Source of the DNA: an uncultured Candidatus Saccharibacteria bacterium
Lineage (GTDB): Bacteria; Patescibacteriota; WWE3; UBA101185; UBA10185
Reading direction: 5' to 3'
Assembly: GCA_964643995.1 (NCBI GenBank)
Contig: CAZXUJ010000001.1
Span: forward strand, 69,622 to 133,621
DNA: 64,000 nt
Shown here one piece after another: positions 57,771 through 64,000 of this stretch. How positions within the stretch are numbered: position 1 is the stretch's first letter; each line of letters starts with the position of its first letter. The position numbers were made by a program, and so were the translations under genes. The notes beneath the pieces were generated by a model that saw nothing but the letters and a program-made list of their open reading frames with translations, was not told where the DNA came from and searched no databases.

Positions 57771-58796
57771 ATGAGTTCTAAACTTCAAAAAGGTGCAAAA
57801 ACCGCTATCAACCACTGTATAAAGCTTCAAAAAAAAGATCGTATAGTTATCATAACTGATACAGAAACGCTTGAGGTTGGTGAAGCACTAGACAGTGAGG
57901 CTAAGAAAATTACACAAAACATACTTTTTCTTGTTATTGAGGATTTTACAGAGAGGCCCGCAAGAAACTTGCCGCAGAAAATGCTTGATCAAATCTCAGA
58001 ATTTAAGCCGAATGTTTCAATTTATGCTGCACAAGGAAAACAAGGCGAATATCCAGTTTTTCGTAGTCCTTTGATAGATTTTTTGGCAAAAGACCTCGAG
58101 TGTAGACATGCACACATGATTCTTATAACCAAACAAATTATGGAGGATGGTATGAATCAAGACTTTAATCAAATTTACCGAGTTACTAATAATGTTTTTG
58201 AGATAGTTCACTTAGCCTCAAAGATTCGGGTGACAGATCCCCATGGAACAGATATTACGTTTGATCTAGATCCCATCAATATAAAATGGACTCCGGATGA
58301 TGGGCTGATTCGCAAGATTCACTACGCGAATCTGCCTGGAGGAGAGGTTTTCACAGCGCCAAAAAATGCTAACGGAATATTTGTAGGCTGGATACTGGGT
58401 GAGTATATGTCAACCAAATATGGTCCTTTGAAAAAACCAATCATAATAAAAGTTGTTGAGGGCATTGCAACAGAAGTTAAGGGGGATGAGCCAATGAGAA
58501 CTGAATTTGAGGACTATATAAGTGCCAATGAAAATGGTAACAGACTAGGAGAACTGGGCATTGGAACACTTGTAGGGCTAAAAGAGTTTATTGGAAACTT
58601 GCTACAGGACGAAAAATTTCCTGGGGTTCACATTGCGTTTGGAAGTCCATACCCAGAAAAAACCGGAGCGACTTGGGAGGCTAAATCTCATATTGATACC
58701 ATAGCTAAAGACACTACAATTGAGGTTTTTATCAACGATCAATCGCAAATAATAATGAAAGATGGAAAATTTGTTGAAAAAGTTTTAATATTATAG
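57771..58796 (+). CDS. M29-family aminopeptidase (aminopeptidase T/PepS-like)
   Basis: GELGIGTLVG...FPGVHIAFGSPYPEKTGATWEAKSHIDTI matches the C-terminal metal-binding region of M29. It is shorter (341 aa) than typical members. Confidence 0.65.
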   Translation: MSSKLQKGAKTAINHCIKLQKKDRIVIITDTETLEVGEALDSEAKKITQNILFLVIEDFTERPARNLPQKMLDQISEFKPNVSIYAAQGKQGEYPVFRSPLIDFLAKDLECRHAHMILITKQIMEDGMNQDFNQIYRVTNNVFEIVHLASKIRVTDPHGTDITFDLDPINIKWTPDDGLIRKIHYANLPGGEVFTAPKNANGIFVGWILGEYMSTKYGPLKKPIIIKVVEGIATEVKGDEPMRTEFEDYISANENGNRLGELGIGTLVGLKEFIGNLLQDEKFPGVHIAFGSPYPEKTGATWEAKSHIDTIAKDTTIEVFINDQSQIIMKDGKFVEKVLIL

Positions 58797-58798
58797 TC

Positions 58799-59404
58799 AT
58801 GGCATATAGTTTTCGTAGATTACTCTCTGTACTAACTTATTTTTGTATGGTCTATGGGATTCTTCTCGGCATGATTATGACTTTCGGACTCAAGAGACAG
58901 GTCATAACTTCCCAAAACGCAACAAAAAGTACCCAAAACATCACTAAATTCACCGAGGAAGCTACAAAGAATCTTGAAAATAATGGGATATTTGTCTCTT
59001 CAATAAAGCCGTACGACGTTATCACGTCACCGATTGCAGTATCTGGATGGGTCGTACGTAACACTTTTCCGAACGAAAAATTTAGTGCAATTCTTGTTGA
59101 TGACAATGGTACGATCCTAGCCGTATCCGAAGTAAATTCAAAAGAAAATGGTAATGTTGTACATTTTAACACAAAACTTGAGTTTGGCGTTGCCACAAAT
59201 GAAAAAGGAAATATATTCTTCGAGGATGTACAGGAGTCTTCAGAAGGAACTACCGAGATTGTTTCATATCGAATGCCTATAAAATTTGCCCAATCACAAG
59301 CGCCAACCGATACAAACGAAGAGGCTAATTTAGATACACCTGTTGAAGAACCCGCTGTTGCAGGATATGAGACGCAATCTTGGGGAAAACAAGAGGAAGA
59401 ATAA
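58799..59404 (+). CDS. Hypothetical membrane-anchored protein with a Gmad2-like Ig domain
   Basis: TM anchor, then SSIKPYDVITSPIAVSGWVVRNTFPNEKFSAILVDDNGTILA (Gmad2/GerMN-like pattern). Co-directional, 2 nt after the aminopeptidase gene. Confidence 0.45.
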   Translation: MAYSFRRLLSVLTYFCMVYGILLGMIMTFGLKRQVITSQNATKSTQNITKFTEEATKNLENNGIFVSSIKPYDVITSPIAVSGWVVRNTFPNEKFSAILVDDNGTILAVSEVNSKENGNVVHFNTKLEFGVATNEKGNIFFEDVQESSEGTTEIVSYRMPIKFAQSQAPTDTNEEANLDTPVEEPAVAGYETQSWGKQEEE

Positions 59405-59427
59405 ACATTGTTAGTCACTAAGTCATC

Positions 59428-59502
59428 TGGTGAGCCCGGAAGGGATCGAACCTTCGACACCCTGGTTAAAAGCCAGGTGCTCTACCACTGAGCTACGGGC
59501 CC
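59428..59502 (-). tRNA. tRNA-Lys (anticodon TTT)
   Basis: Acceptor GGGCCCG/CGGGCUC-A-CCA, anticodon loop CUUUUAA, T-arm GAAGG-UUCGAUC-CCUUC. Confidence 0.9.
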
Positions 59503-59505
59503 AAG

Positions 59506-59952
59506 CTATTCTGACGAAGTCTCAATGGTATTTTCAAAGGCTTCAGTTCCGGTATAATCCATTCGTTCTTTAACTCGTGTTGCTGCTCTACCCTTCTTTT
59601 CACGCAAATAGAAAAGTTTAGCTCTACGTACTTTACCTTTTTTGGTAACTTCGAGTTTTTCAATGTTAGGAGAAATTAATGGAAAAATTCTTTCAACGCC
59701 AACACCATCTGCACCGATTTTTCTTACTATAAAGGTCTTAGAAACACCCTCACCTCTTTTACTAATTACAATTCCTTCATACGGTTGGATACGCACTTTA
59801 CCACCCTCAACGATTTTGTAGTGGATTTTAACAGTATCACCCGGCACAAATTCAGGAACTTGTACTTGAGTGTTAGACACATTTGTTTGTTGTGTTGCTA
59901 GTTCTTGTGACATAATCTGATAGAGGTTATCAAATAAAGGTTGAAATTTCAA
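59506..59952 (-). CDS. rplS: 50S ribosomal protein L19 with N- and C-terminal extensions
   Basis: Core [68 protein letters not shown] matches L19. Confidence 0.9.
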   Translation of the reverse strand: MKFQPLFDNLYQIMSQELATQQTNVSNTQVQVPEFVPGDTVKIHYKIVEGGKVRIQPYEGIVISKRGEGVSKTFIVRKIGADGVGVERIFPLISPNIEKLEVTKKGKVRRAKLFYLREKKGRAATRVKERMDYTGTEAFENTIETSSE

Positions 59953-59954
59953 GT

Positions 59955-62045
59955 CTAGACTTTTACTTTCGCGTTTATTTCGACAACAATACCCTCCGCA
60001 TCAGCACTTATGCTTAATTCGTCTCCAGTCTTGAGCTCACCATTTATGATCTTATCTGAAATACGATTATCTAGTTCTTTTTGTATTAATCTTCTCAAAG
60101 GACGTGCGCCATACTCTTCGTTATAACCGTGCTCCACCAAATACTCACGAGCCTTTTTATCAACATTCAGCTCAATATCTTGTTCTTTTAGCAGTATCTC
60201 AGTTTTGACTAACATACGATCAGCTATTTCTCTGATGTCCTCCTTAGTTAGTGAGGTAAAAACTATCGTTTCATCAATTCTGTTCAAAAACTCTGGACGA
60301 AAGCTATCCTTTAATATACCATCGATTTTGTTTGAGAAATCCAGATGCGACTGAACAGACTTGGAACCAGCACTTCCAAAACCAATATTAGTTCTTCGCA
60401 ATATATCTGAACCTACATTTGAAGTCATGATTATTATGGTATTCTTGAAGTCAACCGTTCTGCCCTTGCTGTCGGTCAAATGCCCATCCTCCATTATCTG
60501 TAGCAAGGTGTTGAAAATATCAGGGTGAGCTTTTTCAATCTCATCTAACAGCACTATTGAAAACGGTTTACGACGTACTGTTTCAGTAAGATTGCCAGGG
60601 CGATCAAAACCAATATAACCTGGAGGCGCTCCGATAAGTTTACTTACAGTGTGTTTTTCCATGTACTCACTCATATCTAGTCTAACGATCATATCCTCAT
60701 TACCATACAAAACCTCCGCTAGTGCTTTAGAGAGCTCTGTTTTACCGATACCAGTAGGCCCAAGAAACAAAAATGAACCAATTGGTCGTTTCGGATCTTT
60801 AAGACCTGCACGGGCTCTTCTGATAGCCTCAGATAATGTGTTTACTGCATGATCCTGACCAACTATTCTTTCATGAAGCTTTTTTTCAAGATTTAAAAGT
60901 TTTTCTTTTTCAGCTACACTTAGTCTTTCCAGAGGTATCCCACTCGTTCTTGATACTACTTTCAACACGTCATCGACAGTAACATCTGGTATTTTTTCAA
61001 GCTTTGTCTGAGTCCATATATCAATTAATTCAGCCTTGACCTTTTCAAGCTGCTCTAGATCATTTTCAAGTTGAGTGGACTCTTTCTCAGAAAGATTATC
61101 CTCACGTAATTTTTTCTTTAAATTCTTGATTTTGCTTTCTACTTCTTTAAGGTTTGCGGGCTCTTGAATTTGAGATAGTCTCACTAATGCGGAAGCCTCG
61201 TCAATGATATCTATAGCTTTATCAGGAAGGAATCTGTCGGAAACATAACGATCAGACATTTTTACAGCCTCATTTATGGCCTCATCTGTGATCACGACTT
61301 GATGATGTTTTTCGTATTCGGGACGTAATCCTTGAATTATTTCAACAGTTTCATCCAAAGATGGTTCTTTAATCATAATTGGTTGGAATCTTCTTTCAAG
61401 TGCGGCGTCTTTTTCAATATGCTTTCTGTACTCATCGACTGTTGTCGCACCAACCATCTGCAGTTCTCCCCTAGCTAAGGCCGGCTTCAATATATTTGCG
61501 GCATCCATAGAACCTTCGGCCGAACCAGTACCAACTACAGTATGAAGTTCATCTACAAAAAGAATTATTTGACCATGAGCATCAATTACCTCATCAATAA
61601 TGTCTTTTAAGCGTTTTTCGAACATACCTCTGTGTGAGGTACCTGCCACGACCAGTGCTAAATCTAGTGAAAATACCCTTTTCCCGCGCAAAGGCTCAGG
61701 TACTTGGTTATTTACTATTCGTTGTGCTAGTCCTTCAGCAATAGCAGTTTTACCAACACCAGGGTCACCTATTAAGACGGGATTATTTTTTGTTCGACGG
61801 GAAAGAATATGAATCACACGCTCAATTTCCATCTTTCGACCAATTACAGGATCAAGCTTACCTTCTTTAGCCATATCAGTAAGGTCTCTCCCAAATTTAT
61901 CAAGTTTTGAGGTTGCAGAAGTTTCTTTTTGAAGTTCAAGGTAACAAGGCTCACATAAAGCCATGTAAACTTGCTTACCATCAATGATTTTATTCGCAGA
62001 TATTACAGCAGGACGTTGCCCGCAGCGATGACAAATTACAGCCAT
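59955..62045 (-). CDS. Clp/Hsp100 ATPase with two AAA+ modules and an N-terminal C4 Zn ribbon (ClpE/ClpC-like)
   Basis: N-terminal CHRCGQRP...CEPCY. AAA-1 Walker [14 protein letters not shown]. Short coiled-coil M-domain. AAA-2 Walker [15 protein letters not shown] and sensor motifs. 696 aa. Confidence 0.88.
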   Translation of the reverse strand: MAVICHRCGQRPAVISANKIIDGKQVYMALCEPCYLELQKETSATSKLDKFGRDLTDMAKEGKLDPVIGRKMEIERVIHILSRRTKNNPVLIGDPGVGKTAIAEGLAQRIVNNQVPEPLRGKRVFSLDLALVVAGTSHRGMFEKRLKDIIDEVIDAHGQIILFVDELHTVVGTGSAEGSMDAANILKPALARGELQMVGATTVDEYRKHIEKDAALERRFQPIMIKEPSLDETVEIIQGLRPEYEKHHQVVITDEAINEAVKMSDRYVSDRFLPDKAIDIIDEASALVRLSQIQEPANLKEVESKIKNLKKKLREDNLSEKESTQLENDLEQLEKVKAELIDIWTQTKLEKIPDVTVDDVLKVVSRTSGIPLERLSVAEKEKLLNLEKKLHERIVGQDHAVNTLSEAIRRARAGLKDPKRPIGSFLFLGPTGIGKTELSKALAEVLYGNEDMIVRLDMSEYMEKHTVSKLIGAPPGYIGFDRPGNLTETVRRKPFSIVLLDEIEKAHPDIFNTLLQIMEDGHLTDSKGRTVDFKNTIIIMTSNVGSDILRRTNIGFGSAGSKSVQSHLDFSNKIDGILKDSFRPEFLNRIDETIVFTSLTKEDIREIADRMLVKTEILLKEQDIELNVDKKAREYLVEHGYNEEYGARPLRRLIQKELDNRISDKIINGELKTGDELSISADAEGIVVEINAKVKV

Positions 62046-62106
62046 AAAATTATCTTAGCACTCTATTGCCTCGTTTGACAAGAGGAGAATAATACCACCG
62101 CAAAAA

Positions 62107-63957
62107 CTAATGCTCCCAAACATCACCAACAAATGGGTCTGATTTAACAGGAACTTTTTTAATATAAAGCTTACCTGCTCTTATCATTTCAGATTGTAAC
62201 ACCTTTGCAAACTCTTCAGCTTGATCCTCTCTAACCTCACAGGCAATTTCGTCGTGTACAGTAAGCACTATATCACCATCAATACCGTGATCCTTCATAT
62301 ATTCGCTAACATATACCAAAGCATACTTTATAACATCAGCATTAGTTCCTTGGATCGGATGATTTTTCGACTCTCTTTCGATTTTTGAGATTTTCTTGCG
62401 ATAGTCTGGATCATTTTTCTCAGGAAGCTTATACCACCGTTTTCTGCCGGCAGGTGTAACACTAAAACCATTACGTACAGCATTTTTTGCTAGGTTATCA
62501 AGAAAAGTCTTGACGCTAGGGTAAGCTTTGAAATACTTATCGATTAAATCTTGACTCTCCTCTGGTGTAATTTCTTTGCCAGTTTCTTGTTTAATACGTC
62601 CAATTAATCCCATTGCGCCCATACCATACATCAAACCAAAACCGATCGGCTTAGCCATTTGGCGAAGATCCGGATATAATTTTTTGAAATCAGGCGTGTA
62701 CTCTTTACCAAACATTAGTGCCGCAGTATAACCATGTATGTCCATAGACGAATCGCTTAATGCATTTATCATCTTCTCATCCCCAGAAAGATCGGCCAAG
62801 ATTCTCATTTCAAAGCCAGAGTAGTCTGAAACTACCAGTTTGTAACCTGGCTCAGGATTAAAACACTCTCTAAAAGGTGCTTCTTTAGTGTTTCTTGGTA
62901 TTTGTTGAATATTTGGGTTGTTACATGCAAAGCGTCCTGTTGCGGTGCGCATTTGTGCAAAATCGGGATGCATACGGTGTGTAACAGGATTAATCTTTTC
63001 TATAAGTTCATATCCAAAAGCTGAAATCAATTTTTCATGCTTACGATATTTGCTTAAAAGGTCAACAATAGGATGACTCACGTTGTTCAAAATGGCACTT
63101 CCGGTTGAAGGCATGTCTAGACCAAGTTTGTTATTGAATAAATCCATTAGCTGTTGTTGACTGTTAATATTTATAGAGTCTGCAACGCCACCGAACAAAT
63201 CATTTTGGGACACTTTATAATATGGACGTATAGCCAACTGAAATTCTTTTGCTATTGCATCCCGTTGATCCTCTAGGCTTCTAATAATACCAAGCCACTT
63301 TTCTTTGTTTATATAAATGCCCTTAAGCTCCATATCTCCGACTACTGTTGTTACAGCAAATTCTAGTTTAGCTATTTTCAAAACATCATGCTTCTTGAGT
63401 AATTCAAACTGCTTTTGAAAGATTGGAAATAGTATCAAAGTGTCTGCTGCGGCATATCGTAATTGCTCCTCGGAAAACTTTTGATGCTGAGTCATATCAG
63501 CAAACGATTTTTGTAAAGCTTTGTCTAATACACCTGGTTTAACATACCTATCGGAAATGGCCTTCAAACCAACTGCAGCACCCATTCCGGCTTTCAAAAC
63601 ACTTTCAGCTAACATGGTGTCATAAATATTTTTGACTTCAATCCCATACTTTACCTTTATGTACTTATAGTCGAACTTACCATTTTGAAGAAGCTTTACA
63701 ATCTTGTTATCCTCAATTATCTGTTTGAATAGAGGGATTTTGTCCAACTGAACAGTTCGTACATCAAAAAGATAACTAATATCTTCAGGACCTAACTGGA
63801 CCATAAGAAGTGTTCCCGTATAAGGATCCAAGGAATTAGCCTCCACGTCTAGTGCTAACATTTTCTCGTGAGACAACTGATCCAAGATTTCATTCGCGCG
63901 AGCGTCATCTGTGACATATTCATATTTTGGGTTTTCGGGGTCAAACTTCAAATCCAT
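62107..63957 (-). CDS. polA: DNA polymerase I, Klenow-like (3'-5' exo plus polymerase; no 5'-3' exonuclease domain)
   Basis: Exo motif LDVEANSLDPYTGTLLMVQL. Polymerase motifs RQMAKPIGFGLMYGMGAMGL (motif B) and LTVHDEIACEV (motif C). Begins directly with the 3'-5' exo region and is 616 aa. Confidence 0.88.
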   Translation of the reverse strand: MDLKFDPENPKYEYVTDDARANEILDQLSHEKMLALDVEANSLDPYTGTLLMVQLGPEDISYLFDVRTVQLDKIPLFKQIIEDNKIVKLLQNGKFDYKYIKVKYGIEVKNIYDTMLAESVLKAGMGAAVGLKAISDRYVKPGVLDKALQKSFADMTQHQKFSEEQLRYAAADTLILFPIFQKQFELLKKHDVLKIAKLEFAVTTVVGDMELKGIYINKEKWLGIIRSLEDQRDAIAKEFQLAIRPYYKVSQNDLFGGVADSININSQQQLMDLFNNKLGLDMPSTGSAILNNVSHPIVDLLSKYRKHEKLISAFGYELIEKINPVTHRMHPDFAQMRTATGRFACNNPNIQQIPRNTKEAPFRECFNPEPGYKLVVSDYSGFEMRILADLSGDEKMINALSDSSMDIHGYTAALMFGKEYTPDFKKLYPDLRQMAKPIGFGLMYGMGAMGLIGRIKQETGKEITPEESQDLIDKYFKAYPSVKTFLDNLAKNAVRNGFSVTPAGRKRWYKLPEKNDPDYRKKISKIERESKNHPIQGTNADVIKYALVYVSEYMKDHGIDGDIVLTVHDEIACEVREDQAEEFAKVLQSEMIRAGKLYIKKVPVKSDPFVGDVWEH

Positions 63958-64000
63958 ATGTATAAGTCCTAAGTCTTTTTCTGTTCAGCTAATTTTGCAA

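Noticed and set aside
58852-59460. 202-aa minus-strand ORF overlapping the plus-strand 58799-59404 gene
   Set aside because: Its 5' end overlaps the tRNA-Lys gene (59428-59502). The plus-strand ORF is co-directional and 2 nt from the aminopeptidase gene and has a recognisable Ig-like domain, so the plus-strand gene is preferred.
62046-62106. CtsR operator upstream of the Clp ATPase gene
   Set aside because: Only one heptad (tGTCAAA) matches well and the second is 4/7. Without a ctsR gene in view this is too weak to call a feature. It is mentioned only in the findings.
1-64000. Alternative genetic code (UGA recoding, as in some CPR lineages), prompted by the odd RF-like GGQ protein
   Set aside because: Long conserved genes (leuS, tyrS, polA, the giant ORF) are uninterrupted under the standard code and use TGA/TAA/TAG as terminal stops, so there is no sign of in-frame TGA sense codons.
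1-64000. CRISPR arrays, rRNA genes, restriction-modification or toxin-antitoxin modules
   Set aside because: No short direct-repeat/spacer periodicity, no rRNA-like conserved stretches, and no methyltransferase-endonuclease or small paired TA ORFs were recognised. The methyltransferases present carry sugar/small-molecule or rRNA MTase signatures.

Overview
This 64 kb window is low-GC (roughly 35-38%) and gene-dense. The reduced domain architectures suggest a Candidate Phyla Radiation / Patescibacteria-like bacterium; this is inference, supported by a PolA without the 5'-3' exonuclease domain, a ClpE-like Clp ATPase with an N-terminal Zn ribbon instead of Clp_N repeats, many orphan membrane proteins and weak Shine-Dalgarno sequences. 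The standard genetic code appears to be in use. Core genes are leuS, tyrS, galU, rplS, polA, a Clp ATPase, an RluB-type pseudouridine synthase, an RsmB-like rRNA methyltransferase, two sensor kinases, one receiver-only response regulator, and tRNA-His, tRNA-Glu and tRNA-Lys. Accessory content that stands out: (1) an operon (10808-19744, minus strand) encoding a 1958-aa giant surface protein (LamG, 14 propeller-like repeats, LamG, FN3 array) translationally coupled to a MacB/FtsX-type ABC exporter, next to a divergent two-component system; (2) a 13 kb cell-surface glycan locus (26057-39154) with a CapD-like dehydratase, an epimerase, GT2, GT4, three methyltransferases and two large GT-C-like polytopic membrane proteins; (3) a tRNA-flanked variable island (about 40.9-48.4 kb) holding an IS1/IS1595-like transposase with an A7 slippery run, a decayed diadenylate cyclase (cdaA-like) pseudogene, cysteine-rich secreted proteins, and a protein with an RF-1-type GGQ peptidyl-tRNA hydrolase domain behind a novel acidic N-terminus; (4) a thioredoxin / CcdA-DUF3179 fusion operon; (5) a GC-elevated single-gene islet (54490-55491) beside a perfect 12-bp palindrome; (6) a bshB/bshA-like PIG-L deacetylase plus GT4 pair preceded by an unannotated 38-aa membrane peptide gene that has its own extended -10 promoter and intrinsic terminator. 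No CRISPR array or rRNA gene was seen.
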